The notes below the pieces were generated by a model that worked only from the letters and a program-made list of their open reading frames with translations, did no database searches and was not told the origin of the DNA. The translations under genes and the position numbers were made by a program. 64,000 nt of DNA. Source: Felis catus. Its lineage: Eukaryota. Each line of letters starts with the position of its first letter. Within the stretch, counting starts at the first letter, position 1. The stretch lies in NCBI RefSeq assembly GCF_018350175.1, contig NC_058368.1, forward strand, positions 46,874,001-46,938,000, in the 5' to 3' direction. Below, piece by piece: positions 1-11,978 of the stretch.

Positions 1-770
1 TACATATTGAGACTGTTGACTACCATCTCCTCTGCCATGTACAAACGGATTTTGTAGTATGTATCTAAGCCTTATTTGACAGCATGATTTAAATGGCACT
101 CCAAACTCTTTCCAAGTTTTAGATAGACTAGGAAATCTGGAAGCTAGGATTTGGCTGAATTTTCCACCTTTTAGAAAACTTTTTCGCCTAAGAGGTGATC
201 AGAGTTATAAAATTTCTGGCGGTAGGCATTTAGGAAGTTCAGGATGCTGATGACTGTGCTTGGAATCGTTCGCATAAACACAGAAGACATGTAAATTGTA
301 GACCACTTGAAGAGTCAGCACAATGGCAAAGGCTTAAAATTAACCTGAAGATAGATCTACCTGCACTAGGGAAACCCAATAGCAGTCAAAGATCTTCATG
401 GATGATTCAAAGCTAAGATGTCTCTCAGGTTCTGCTCTTTCAGCTGTATATTGTCACACCAACAGACTAATAAAAGTGGATAAGAAAAACAATTGTTTAC
501 TTGCAAAACGAGAAGACTGAAAGATGCATTCCTTTCCACATCTTCAAGTTTTAGCCCAAATCAGGTGTCGGTTTAGTCGTTACATTTTTATGTTGTTTTT
601 AAGAACTCATATTATGTCAAAGCATTTTGAAGTGAATTAAGAAACTAAATTTGTGAATATTCTAAAAATAGCATTTGAAAAAAGAAAACCAGAAGGAAAA
701 TTTAAAAAGAGGGGAGAAACTGTTGCTCGTGTAGAATCCAATAGGTCTGCAAGAAGCAAACTGTTGTTAA

Positions 771-961
771 ATTTTTTAAAAATTTATTTATCAATCCTGA
801 GAGAAAGAGAGAGAGAGAGGGAGAGAGGGAGGGGAGGGGCAGAGAGAGAGAGGGAGACAGAGAATCCCAAGCAAGGGCTTGAATCCACGAAACTATGAGA
901 TCATGTCCTGAGCCACAAGCAAGAATCAGATGCTTAACTGAATGAACTACCCAGTGCACTA
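771..961 (-). mobile_element. CAN-SINE, older copy with an internal deletion
   Basis: Reverse-complement SINE with T-rich tail, (GA)n linker and degenerate head. Flanked by direct repeat AGAAGCAAACTGTTG at 752-766 and 963-977. Confidence 0.9.
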
Positions 962-998
962 CAGAAGCAAACTGTTGATTAAAAAGTGCCATCTATTC

Positions 999-1217
999 TG
1001 GGGTGCCTGGGTGGCTCAGTCGGTTAAGCGTCCGGCTTCGGCTCAGGTCATGATCTCCTGGTTCGTGAGTTCAAACCCCACGTCCAGCTCTGTGCTGACA
1101 GCTCAGAACCTGGAGCTTGCTTCAGATTCTGTGTCTTCTCCTCTCTCTGCCCCTCCCCTGCTCATGCTCTGTTTCTATCTCTCAAGAATAATAAATAAAC
1201 TAAAAAAAATTTTTTTT
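999..1217 (+). mobile_element. CAN-SINE (SINEC_Fc2-like)
   Basis: GGGGTGCCTGGGTGGCTCAGTCGGTTAAGCG head, B-box-like GTTCAAAC, (CT)n and A-rich tail. TSD AAAAAGTGCCATCTATTC at 981-998 and 1218-1235. Confidence 0.95.
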
Positions 1218-1349
1218 AAAAAGTGCCATCTATTCAGTTGGAGAAAAATATTATATAATTCAATTGGTTGGTCTTGTGTAGAGAGGACTGACAGTTAATT
1301 ACTGAATCAAAACTCATTGCTTTAGTTCTCAGTTCTCAGTCCATATGCA

Positions 1350-1830
1350 TAGAGGCAAGATAATGTGATTGTTGAGAGTATGGTTATGTTGATTGGTTAT
1401 GTGGATTCAAATCCTAACACTTGCTGGCTGGCTATCCGTAGCAATTCAGCCTTAGACCTGGTTTCCTTATCTGATAGACTATTTTTTTTTTCAACATTTA
1501 TTTATTTTTGGGACAGAGAGAGACAGAGCATGAACGGGCGAGGGGCAGAGAGAGAGGGAGACACAGAATCGGAAACAGGCTCCAGGCTCTGAGCCATCAG
1601 CCCAGAGCCTGACGCGGGGCTCGAACTCACGGACCGCAAGATCGTGACCTGGCTGAAGTCGGACGCTTAACCGACTGCGCCACCCAGGCGCCCCTCCTTA
1701 TCTGATAAAGGAGAAACTAACAATACTTCCTCACAGATATGTTGGATAATTAGATAATCAATGCATGTAAATGTCCTTCACAGATGGCCTGGTATAAGTA
1801 AATGCTTAATAAGTGACCACCATTATTATT
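1350..1830 (+). mobile_element. MIR SINE, interrupted by a young CAN-SINE
   Basis: GGATTCAAATCC...GTTTCCTTATCTG / ...GCATGTAAA...GCCTGG...GTAAATGCTTAATAAG resembles the MIR consensus on both sides of the insertion. Confidence 0.7.
1481..1694 (-). mobile_element. Young felid CAN-SINE (SINEC_Fc-type)
   Basis: Near-consensus and CpG-retaining. TSD TCCTTATCTGATA at 1464-1476 and 1695-1707. Confidence 0.97.
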
Positions 1831-2346
1831 TACATTCATCATAAACAATCAAATCAATTTTCAATTCATACCTAAAGAAAATACAAAACTCTGAATATAA
1901 AAAAAGAGTGAAAAATATATACACTTCTGATACATATTCAGCACTTAAAAAATGGCTTTAACAGACTTAGAATTTTTCATGGCCTCATAATGACAAAATA
2001 TCTTAATGAAATGCTTAGATTAGGATTTAAGGAAGTCATTTCATACCAGGCAAAGCATTCTAAAGGGACAGAAAGATCTACCATTTTACTGTTCTGGGAA
2101 GAAATGATTTCTACGTCTGATTAGATAGATTATTATCCAGTTTATAAATTGTTTTATAATCTAAATACTACCTAAATCTTTGAATTTTCAATTTTAGTGA
2201 TTAACATTTTATTCTAGAATTAATAATTACTTTGTTTTCAAATTTTCTGTTCTCCTCCCGCTGGCTCTGTGCTGTTTCTATGGACATTATTAGCTCATGA
2301 TTTTTACTCCCTCTTTCCAAAGTATTTGAAATACATAAGACACAAC

Positions 2347-2425
<79 letters not shown>

Positions 2426-2452
2426 AGGAAAGAAAGAAAAAAAGAGAGCGAG

Positions 2453-2523
<71 letters not shown>

Positions 2524-2597
2524 AGGAAGGAAAGAGAGAGAGGAAGGAAGGAAGGAAGGAAGGGAGGGAGGAAGGGAGGAAGGGAGGGAGGAAGAAA
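2347..2597 (+). repeat. (GAAA)n/(GGAA)n/(GGAG)n compound polypurine microsatellite
   Basis: About 250 bp of purines with a single C (2449). Confidence 0.98.
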
Positions 2598-4482
2598 TTC
2601 AGAGTTCTTTTTTCTAATCAGCATACCAACTCTCAGTACACCCAGCCTGTTTTTTTTGTGTGTGTGTGAAAGGGTATTTAGTGGTTTTTAAAAAGCACTG
2701 GGAGTACTGCTCAATGTTCTTCACTCTAACAAAAATTCAGGACAGCTGTGGAAGCTGAGATCCCAGGGAGATGAGGTAAGATTCCAGGTGCTGTCTTTGG
2801 CTGCCAGTTCTGTAAAACAATATTGTACTAAAATAAATAAATAGATAGATAAATAAACACTGCTTTTTTAATTACCAAGCAGGCAGGTTTGGGTAAGAGG
2901 TGTGCCAAGCCACATGTGTATGCTCACGCAGCGCAGCTTTTCCGTTGCTAACTTGTGTCCATTGGTGTGACAAGTGCCAGGAAAATGGACGGCCAAGCTA
3001 TCTCAGACACAACTGTAGCAAGACAATCTGAAGAAGTGTAGGCAGTGCTGCTTTGTCTTTTTTCTTTCCCTGATTGTCCTTCAAGACGATTAAGAGCAAT
3101 TTGTGAGTGAAAACATTTTTAAAAAGGTGTTTAAAATGAATTTCTTGGAAATATTCGTTATAGTCAACTTTTATTTCATCCCTTCTTGGTTTACCAAAAC
3201 AACTTGGCATTTCGAATACAAGGGCCCATCCTTTCTCACAGAGTCCATTCCATTCTATGAGTGAATCAACTTGCATTTATGTTATATGTGAATGATTTGG
3301 GGGAATCTTCAGTATAAAAAGAATAGGAAAATTGAGGATGTTCATATCCAAAGATGAGGTAGTCAAAGTCATGTGTGAGGGAAGTGCATCCTTGATTTTT
3401 TTGTGGCTTCAAGCAAAATTCTAGAAATTTCTCAGGATCCTATAGGGAGCAAGACTAAAGATCAATTCATGATGTAAAGGAATGCTGAGTGGAGGACCCG
3501 CTTTTAGCTGGATAAACATAAGTTTATTACAGGAAATGATAGATCAACTTTCTCCAGAAGCAATTAATTATCTGCAAGCATGGACAGAAAAACAGTGTCA
3601 CAAACAGGGCAGATGCCAGTGTAAAAGCTAAGGGAGCAAGGGCATCATGGAAGAAGGTTAAGCTCTTTGTAAGGGATTGGCCATGAGCCTGTAAAGGGAA
3701 GGAAAGCAATAGTGTGGGGGGAGCTGGGTAATGATCTCTAAGTTTCTAGGGAGTGGGTGAGAGGGCTTGAAATCAGGAAAACACAAGCATATTTGTTGTT
3801 TTAATGCAGGGCTTGGAAAATTCAAAGGAGGGGTTATTTAAAACATAAGATTTTGGAAATGATTCTGAACTACTACAATAACATCCTTGCCTAGTGCTAC
3901 CTTGCTTGCTACCGTAGGATAGAAGTAAGAGAAGCTGAAGTTAAAAATGTGAAGGAAGAATGAGGCCGAGAGGTCTATGTGTATATTGAAGATGCTGTTA
4001 GGGGAAAAGGTGTAGAGAAAGATCGTAATCCAAGACTTGTGACAATGGAATACATGGGAGGCTCATCCCTGATCCTTGTACGTAACTACAATAAGGGCCA
4101 GGAAAGAACATTAGAAATGGATCATGTGAATTTAAAAGAATGCTAGAAAAACAATAGGGACTAGCTCCAAGACATTTTCCTCCCACTTCCTGTGGTACTG
4201 CCCTCTGTCCCATCAGCCTGAGATTCTTGACTTCAGAGTTGCTTCTTTAAATTAGAGGGCATATGCGAAAACGTTCTCATGAAAAGGAATCAAAAATGAC
4301 CTATGTTGTTTGACAAGATAGAGTAACGTATTTAGATTGGCTTCTACCCGTCTCAAGCTAACTCTCAGATTAGCTAATTTTCAATTTGGGAAATTTGGAG
4401 GTCCTAGATCCAAGGGGATGAGATACCAGGGTTTGGGGTGGAAGGGATACAAAAATGAGAGCAAAAAAAGCTTGGGAGTATC

Positions 4483-4830
4483 TGTATTAGTTTCCTCAGG
4501 CTGCAGTGACCAGAGGACCACAAAGTGGCTGACATAAAATGGCAGAAAATGTGTTCTCTCACAGTTCTGGAGACCGGATGTCCAAAATCAAGGTGTCAGC
4601 AGGGCATGGTTCCTCTGAGCGTCTGAGCAGGATCTTCCCTTGCCTCTCTTCTCGCTTCCAGTGGTTGCTGTCAATCCGTGTGTTCCTCTGGTGGCTCCAA
4701 TCTCCACCTCTGGCATCATGTGGCATTCTCCCCCCACCCCCGCCATATCTCTATGTCTGAATCCAAATTTTCCTTCTTATAAGGACACCAGTCATATTGT
4801 ATTAAAGGCTCCTTCTACTCCAGCATGACC
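4483..4830 (-). mobile_element. MaLR LTR (MLT1B/C-like)
   Basis: Starts TGTATTAGTTTCC; contains CTCACAGTTCTGGAG, AAATCAAGGTGTCAGCAGGG and CTTATAAGGACACCAGTCATATTG, typical of a reverse MLT1. Confidence 0.85.
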
Positions 4831-4985
4831 TGTGATATTATGATTTGTAATAAGAAATATATCGTTGGTCTTTGACAAATTTCTGGCAGAGCTCCTTACA
4901 CCCTTAGAATTCCTTGCAAGGAGAGAAAAGTGTCTCTTGTTATGTTAATGAGGTGACCCTTGGATACACCTAAGAATGGGAGCTG
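4831..4985 (+). mobile_element. MER21-like LTR 5' fragment
   Basis: TGTGATATTATGATTTGTAATAAGAAATATAT...GAGCTCCT...CCCTTAGAATT...TGTTATGTTAATGAGGTGAC resembles the MER21 start. Confidence 0.7.
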
Positions 4986-5291
4986 TGTCTGGCACATAGA
5001 AAATGTTGAAAATACATTAACTATCTATATTTTTAAAATTTAATTTACAGAGCACCTCGTTTTTTTTAAATGAAAAGTTTGAATTATATTAAGTATAACT
5101 ACAAGGAATATAACTAAATTACTGAATTCTATTTCAACTTAAAGTCTTAGGTAACTTTAAGGTAGCTTTTCCTAAAATAGTTTGTTTTCTTTACAGAAGA
5201 TGACTTTTTGCATAAGTTTAAAAGCAATTACTTTATTACTTAGCTTTGACATCAGAAACTAAAATACGGCATTTATTAAAATATACTTGTT

Positions 5292-5500
5292 GGGGCGCCT
5301 GGGTGGTCAGTTGGTTAAGCGTCCGGCTTCAGCTCAGGTCATGATCTTTCAGTTCGTGGGTTTGAGCCCCGCATCCAGCTCTGTGCTGACAGCTCAGAAC
5401 CTGGAGCTTGCTTGGGATTCTGTGTCTCCCTCTCTCTCTCCCCCCCTCCCCTGCTCATGCTCTCTTTCTATCTCTCAAGAATAAATAAATTTTAAAATAA
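5292..5500 (+). mobile_element. CAN-SINE
   Basis: GGGGCGCCTGGGTGG head, (CT)n and A tail. TSD ATATACTTGTT at 5281-5291 and 5549-5559. Confidence 0.95.
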
Positions 5501-5553
5501 ATATATATATATATGTATATATATATACATATATATATACATATATATATATA
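5501..5553. repeat. Interrupted (TA)n microsatellite
   Basis: Direct reading; lies between the SINE tail and the 3' TSD. Confidence 0.95.
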
Positions 5554-5634
5554 CTTGTTAATTAACTTTTTCTGTACTTAAAGAAACCTGTGTTTTGTGT
5601 GTCTGTTATCGTAAGTAATGCGAGAGATCAAAAT

Positions 5635-5880
5635 AGTAATAATTAGATAATATTGATCACTTACTAAGTGCCATTGTACCAAGTGCTTTATATACATTTT
5701 CTCATTTAATCTGTAAAACAGTCCCATTGTAGTATGTAGGTAATAATATTAATTCTTTTTTTTCTTAAATGAGGTCTGTGAAGCACAGAGTGGTGATGAT
5801 AATTTACACAGGGTCACACAGCTAGCAAATGGTTTAGTGAGCACACAACCCAGTTTTATCTGATAGTAAAATTTGGGTTC
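5635..5880 (-). mobile_element. MIR
   Basis: AAGTGCTTTATATACATTTTCTCATTTAATC...AATGAGG...GCACAGAG...GGTCACACAGCTAGCAAATGG. Confidence 0.8.
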
Positions 5881-7212
5881 GTAGCCTCTTTGCTACAAAA
5901 TCAGTTTCTGTGCCCCATTTTAATATACGGAAATTTTTAAAAAGGTGAAACACAATTGTTTATAAGTATGGTTTTGGGGTAGTTTTAAAATCAGCTAATC
6001 AGAGGACTAAAATATGCTTTGTGAGCATAATTTATTTATTTCTAGTATCTCTAGAGATGGCCTTAAATGAAATTATCAGTTCCTCAGTAAGGATTGCTCA
6101 TTTTAGGAAAAAATGCTTTTCCTTCAGAAACATTTCAAGAACAGTAAATCGCAACGCCAAAATCTGTTTCTGTTATTATCTTACAAAGTTAAGCCTTGGT
6201 CTAGAAAATTTTCAAAGTCAAAAGGCCAAAAATATTACTTTCTTGTTTTCACATACAGCGTTTTCATCATCCCAACAAACCACAAAACAGCATCCTGGAA
6301 CCCCACCTTCAGCAGACCTTGGTCACCTCTTCTCTCCCATGGATTTGTTTAGAATGGCTTTCTACTTCTGTCTCTAAGCACATGCTGATTAAAATGTTTT
6401 AATTAAAAGTATGACTACTACAGAAAAATTATTGAGCAATTCTTCAGGATGAAAATGCTTAGTGTTGGAAGCCTAATTCCACCGTTCATGTTTATACTGA
6501 GCAATATTTTCTAAAAGGTTCACCTTTGTGTTGTGTAATATTGGATTTAGTCCCAGCAGCTAGAAGGTATTGTTTTTAAAACAAGGCCAAGCAAGCAGAA
6601 AAGTTTGTACGATGATACAGATTTGATTAGCTCCTAAACAAAACAAGTTCAGCCAGGTTGGTCTGCGCAGTTATTCTAAACTGAATCCCATAACTTTCCT
6701 CCGCAGCCATTGTTCTGAGAGCGGGCTTTTGTTATGTTCTACAACCATTTTTAAAAGGAAGAGGCGACATGATCGCATGGGTCAGAGTGTGTGGCAGCCT
6801 GCACACAGAAACAATGGACAGGCGCTGGGATGGGAGCCAAGTCACTCAGAATTGTAATACAGTGTGTGAGAGATGAAAAGGAGTTTCACTAAGAAGCCGG
6901 TATGACCATTACTTACGAATGGGCTCCTGTTTCCTACTTGATGAAAACTCCCCACAAAGTAGAAAACCTCAGCGCTCTCTTTTGACAGGATTCTCCTCAT
7001 TGCTTGGTGCAGCATTCCCTCTAGCAGCTGTTGGCGATGCAAAACCCCAGAAGGACCATCTTGGTCCAACCTGGGGAATTAATTAATGTTGATGATCCTA
7101 ATCAGGGAGCAGGCTTTAACCCAGCCAGGCATCCACATGAGTTACAGAGTGGCTCATTTGAAACCTGTCTCATTTTTTCACAGAAGCAGAGGTATAGAAG
7201 ATTAATTTAGTC

Positions 7213-7370
7213 CAGGGCTTCTCCAAAATTAATATGTATGTGAATAACCTGGGGACTGTGCTCAAAGTCAGATTCTGATCAGTAGGTCTGTGATGAGGCC
7301 TGAGATTCGGAATTTCTATCAAACTGCTAGGTGACGTTGATGCTGTTGGTCAATGGACCCAACATGGCTC
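7213..7370. mobile_element. MER5A1 (hAT-Charlie MITE)
   Basis: CAGGGCTTCTC...AATAACCTGGGGA...CAGATTCTGATCAGTAGGTCTG...GGCCTGAGATTC...GGTGACGTTGATGCTGTTGGTC. Confidence 0.8.
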
Positions 7371-7446
7371 TAAGTCTCTCCTTATCATTTTAAGGCAAGG
7401 CCACAACCTTGCCACACTGGCCAAATGAAAACTGCCCTGATTTAAA

Positions 7447-7657
7447 TTTTTTTTCAACATTTATTTATTTTTGGGACAGAGAGAGACAGAGCATGAACGG
7501 GGGAGGGGCAGAGAGAGAGGGAGACACAGAATCGGAAACAAGCTCCAGGCTCTGAGCCATCAGCCCAGAGCCTGACGCGGGGCTCGAACTCACGGACCGC
7601 GAGATCGTGACCTGGGTGAAGTCGGACGCTTAACCGACTGCACCACCCAGGCGCCCC
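7447..7657 (-). mobile_element. Young felid CAN-SINE (SINEC_Fc-type)
   Basis: Near-consensus. Perfect 19-bp TSD AAAACTGCCCTGATTTAAA at 7428-7446 and 7658-7676. Confidence 0.97.
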
Positions 7658-8124
7658 AAAACTGCCCTGATTTAAAGGATATCATTTATAGATTGGACAT
7701 TTTTCACTAACAATTTGATTTAAATTCAACAAACATTTAATGAAAACTAAATTCTTTCTTAAAGTTAAATTCAATCTTCCATGAAACAGCTTATACCCAT
7801 TTTCCCTGCTTTCCACTTAATGGCTTCTTATTCTCTAGTATGGCTGACTTTGTCTTCTATAATAACAACCTGTTCTTAGTTTGTAGTCCTGTTGAGTCCT
7901 GGAGGCCACACTTCTGTGTGGCAGAGAAGCTTCTTTCGCTTTGGACATTCTCTGCTATGTTCAAGAATTACCTTAAAAAATTGTGAAAGTCTGCTCTGCT
8001 TCCAAGATCCCCATAAGCAAGTACAATTTTCACCAAACCCAGAGGAAGATAAGATTTGCTCTGTAAGACAGAGTTTCTCAACATCCAGGAACAGAAGTAC
8101 CCAAGGAGCTTAATCCAAACACCA

Positions 8125-8335
8125 GGGCCACCTGGGTGCCTGGGTGGCTCAGTTCGGTTAAGTGTCTGACTTCAGCTCAGGTCATGATCTCGCGGTCCGT
8201 GAGTTCGAGCCCCATGCCAAGCTCTGTGCTGACAGCTCAGAGCCTGAAGCCTGCTTCAGATTCTGTTTCTCCCTCTCTCTCTGCCCTTGCCCCACTCACG
8301 TCTGTCTCTCAAAAATGAATAAACATTAAAAAAAG
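8125..8335 (+). mobile_element. CAN-SINE with apparent duplicated head
   Basis: GGGCCACCTGGGTG-CCTGGGTGGCTCAG head. Short flanking repeat CAAACACCA at 8116-8124 and 8337-8345. Confidence 0.9.
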
Positions 8336-8342
8336 TCAAACA

Positions 8343-8343
<1 letters not shown>

Positions 8344-8373
<30 letters not shown>
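8344..8373. repeat. (CA)15 microsatellite
   Basis: Direct reading. Confidence 0.97.
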
Positions 8374-8374
<1 letters not shown>

Positions 8375-8501
8375 CCTTTGCTCCTGCATCTCTCACCAGA
8401 TTCTGATGGACAACTGGCTTTTCTCTACTCTTCACCCTCTCTCAATGTACCCTCATTAAGAACTACAGTTTTACAGTCTATTCATTCAGGCTTCCATCCT
8501 G

Positions 8502-9164
8502 TGTAGTGGGATGAATGGTGGCCCCCAAAAGATATGTTTGCTGGAAACCTGTGAATGTGACCTGATTAGGAAAAGGGTCTTTGTGGGTGCACCTGGGTGA
8601 CTCAGTAGGTTAAGCGGCATACTCTTGGTATCGACTCAGGTTGTGATCTTGCGATTTTGTGAGTTTGAGCCCCATGTTGGGCTCCGTGCTGACAGTGTGG
8701 AGCCTTACTTGGGATCCTCTCAGTCTCCCTCTTTTTCTGCCCCTCTCCCACTTGTGCTGTCTCTATCTGTCTCAGAAATAAGTAAATAAACTAAAAAAGA
8801 AAAAAAAAGCATCTTTATAATTGTGGTTATAATTAAGTTAGACATCAAGATGGGATGCTTTTAGATTATTTGGGTGGGACCGAAATCTAACAGGTTTCTT
8901 TATAAGAGATAGAAAAGACAACACAGATACAGAGGAGAAGGTCTTGAAAAGATGGAGGCAGAGACAGAAGTGGTACAGTCACAAGGAATGCCAAGAGCCA
9001 GCGGAAGCTACAAAAGGCAGGGAAAGATTGTTCCCTAGAGCCTGCAGAGGAAGCGTCGTGCTGCTGACACCTTGATTTCAGACGTTGTGAGAGAATAAAC
9101 TTGTGTTGCTACAAGCCACCCAGTTTGTGGTCATTTATCATGGCTGCTTTAGGAAACGAATACA
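8502..9164 (+). mobile_element. MaLR solo LTR (MLT1C/D-like), interrupted by a SINE
   Basis: Starts TGTAGTGGGATGAATGGTGGCCCCCAAAAGATATG. Contains GCTGACACCTTGATTTCAGAC and GAGAGAATAAA. Ends GGAAACGAATACA. Confidence 0.88.
8585..8808 (+). mobile_element. CAN-SINE, older, nested in MLT1
   Basis: GGGTGCACCTGGGTGACTCAG head, (CT)-rich body, A tail; degenerate TSD. Confidence 0.92.
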
Positions 9165-9399
9165 ACCAACAAGCTTCTGCCCATTCTTGAGACACAGCTT
9201 TGTTATTTTCTTTTAGCCAAATTATAGTATTTTATGATTGTAGCTTAAAAAGACTGAAAGTCACCTAGAAACATAGCTTCTTTGTCTCTCCAGGACACTA
9301 GAAAGGCTGTTGAAACACTTCTACTCATTGCTCTCAGGAATACCAAATGACAGTGGAGGAGGCCAAATTCAGATACCCTTGAATGTGATGTTAAGTATC

Positions 9400-10865
9400 C
9401 TTCACAAATGCAGTCTAATGGAGCAGACAGATACTAATAAAAATAATTCAGATAAATGTATAATTAAGGTTGCGTTAGGGGCCTGAAGAATGGCTCCACA
9501 CTCTTGTGAAAGTAAAAGGTACTTCAGAGATATCTGGGATGGGAGTCAGAAAAGACACTCCAGGAAAAGTGACAATTGAGCTGAATGTGTTAATTGATAA
9601 AGGAAGGGGAGCAGGAGGAAAACATTCCTGCGGGAGAAAAAGCTTGGACAGTGGTCCTATAGCAGAAGGGAACCTGTCACGTATGAGGAATGAAAAGAAA
9701 GCCATTGTGGGTGACACAAATAAAGAAAGCAAGGCGGGGGCACCTGTGTGGCTCAGTTGGTTAAGCGACTGACTCTTGATTTCAGCTCAGGTCATGAGCT
9801 TACAATTTGTGAGATCAAGCCCCTCATCCAGCTCTGTGCTGACACTGCAGAGCCTGCTTGGGATTCTCTCTCTCAGTCTGTCTCTGCCTCTCCCCTGCTT
9901 ATGCACACACGGACTTACTCTCATGCTCTCTCTCTCTTTCAAAATGAGTTTTTAAAAAGGAAGCAAGAGGGGCGGTGCTGTTGGATGATGTTGGCAATTG
10001 GTGGCAGCACATGCTAAAAACTTGAATGCTCAATGAAAAAGCGATGGAAAGACCTTGCAAGGGTCATGTGAGTTAAGGGGTGTAGGTGGTGGTTGTCAGA
10101 GGGGTGAGGATGATGTGAACGGCTTTGTAGTTTCACAGACCACTCTGGTTCTCCTGTGAAGAGAAGTTTAGAGAAGGACAAACATGAAAATGAGAGGATT
10201 ATTTGGCCAGCTAATTCATTAATCCAGGTGCGAGATGACCAGCGGGTGGTGATGCAGATGGCAGGAATAGAAATTTTGAGAGAGATTTTGGTGGTAAAGC
10301 CAACAGGAATTAATACTGACTGTACCACAGGGGGTACCTTTAGGAAAAGGGAGGTGCCAGTGATGACTTTTGACCCCTGTCCTGACTTACACAACAGGAC
10401 ACTCTATAATGCTATTCATTCAGATAAAGGCTAATAGAAGACCAAGAAAGAAGGAAGGGTCATGAGCCAGGTTTGGGAAGTGCAAAAGCTGAGATGCACT
10501 TGAGATATATATGTAGTGAGATCAGCTGAGAGCTACAGAAATGTTCAGAGGACAGAACTAAATATATAAATTTGGGAATCATCAGTGAATAAATGGTCGT
10601 TGAAACAAGGGGAAGTATAATGTTGCCTGGGAAGAGAGTAAAGAAAGAGAAAAGAGGCCACACACTGAACCTGGGGGAACATAGCATTTAAAGTCTAGGT
10701 GGAGAAAGATGATGAGACTTTCAATGCTACTGCTGAGGAACTGCCCCAGAGAAGAAAAACTGGAAAAGAAAGATGTCCTGGAAGAGAAACAAAGAGTATT
10801 TCAGGAAGGAAAAATATGGGGAGCAGAGGTCAATGATGTTTTGAGAGGTCAAGGCAGATAAATAA
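9400..10865 (-). mobile_element. L2 LINE remnant (3' region and RT portion)
   Basis: Typical reverse-L2 purine-rich blocks. The minus strand at 10561-10607 translates CFNDHLFTDDSQIYI (compare L2 RT YHLYADDSQIY), and 10660-10680 gives VPPGSV (compare GVPQGSV). Confidence 0.8.
9736..9957 (+). mobile_element. CAN-SINE, older, nested in L2
   Basis: GGGGGCACCTGTGTGGCTCAGTTGGTTAAGCG head; degenerate TSD AAAGAAAGCAAG / AAGGAAGCAAG. Confidence 0.92.
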
Positions 10866-10874
10866 AATATGGTG

Positions 10875-11975
10875 CTTCCAGGTAGAGAGGGTAGAGAGAA
10901 GACAATGTCGACTTTCACTCCCTCCCAGAATCTTTTCAGAAAATTTATTAGAATAAAGGGATTTCCTTTTTTAAAAAAAGCCATAAACCTACAAAAATGG
11001 AGATAATATGAGAATAGATAGCAGCAAAACAATTTAGAAACTGCAGAGGAAATAGGCATACAATGTGGGAATTATTATACCCAATAAAGAATGGAATTTT
11101 AAATGGCAACATGAAAAGTCCAAAACAAATAAACACATCAAGTAAAACTCAGTTTGTACCACAAAAACATCAAAAGACTCAGGAATTAGATATATCAGAT
11201 AGCTCTAGAAGTAGGGTAAAGGAGTACTTTTAGAACAGAATAAAGGCATTTTCAGACATCAATCTTCTTTGCATCTGCTATGCAGGAAACTGTGTCTGTG
11301 TCCTTCCGAAATGAGTGCATGAAGCAAGGAAAGAGGAAGACTTACAGCACAGGATGCAGGAAGTCCAACACTAGATAGCAACAAAGGCACAAGCTGGGGC
11401 AGGGGACACTAGGAGGACAACTGCCCATCCAGCCTGGAGCAGGTCATAAACCTCTGGGAGAGAGGAGATGTCTCCGACAAGATACGTCCTGATGATGTCC
11501 CAGATGCTTCAGGATAGACTGAGAGAAAATTTAGGCAACAGGTAAAGTGTTTGGAGAAGAATTAGTGATAAAAACATACAAATGGAGCACTTCAAGCAAG
11601 TCAATTATTAGGTCTAGGAAAAAACAGCGCAGGAATATGTAAAGATTCTAAATTATGACATGACTGTCTTAGGAGAATGGGGGTGTTGGGCTAGGCAAAT
11701 TGCTCATGTGAGGAGGGCACGGGGACAAAAAGAAACTCAACAAATAATGACTATGACTGAAAAATCAGCAGGTAATATAACACAAGAATATTATTTAGCT
11801 ATGCTTTTGTAGATGTAAAATAACCAGCTAAGAAGGATGATGATGGTTGCCCTCGGCACAGGGAAAATGGAGATGGGCTATAGGTGTGTGAGACAGCCGT
11901 TATGCTCTATTTTTCTCTTTGTAACAAACTCTAGAATTCTTTGAATCTTTAAATCCCTTGACTAAAAAATCAAAA
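10875..11975 (+). mobile_element. HAL1-like LINE remnant
   Basis: A-rich. Motifs CAGGAAGTCCAACAC, CCAGCCTGGAGCAGG, TTTGGAGAAGAATTAGTGATA and CAATTATTAGGTCTAGGAAAA resemble the recalled HAL1 consensus. Confidence 0.55.
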
Positions 11976-11978
11976 TTA

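Noticed and set aside
942..1298. ORFs with GAWVAQSVKRPTSAQVMIS-like peptides (also at 8136, 11992, 26572, 32771, 39001, 47766)
   Set aside because: Read-through of CAN-SINE sequence.
2269..2691. K/E/R-rich 140-aa ORF and its F/L/S-rich antisense ORF
   Set aside because: Translation of a (GAAA)n microsatellite.
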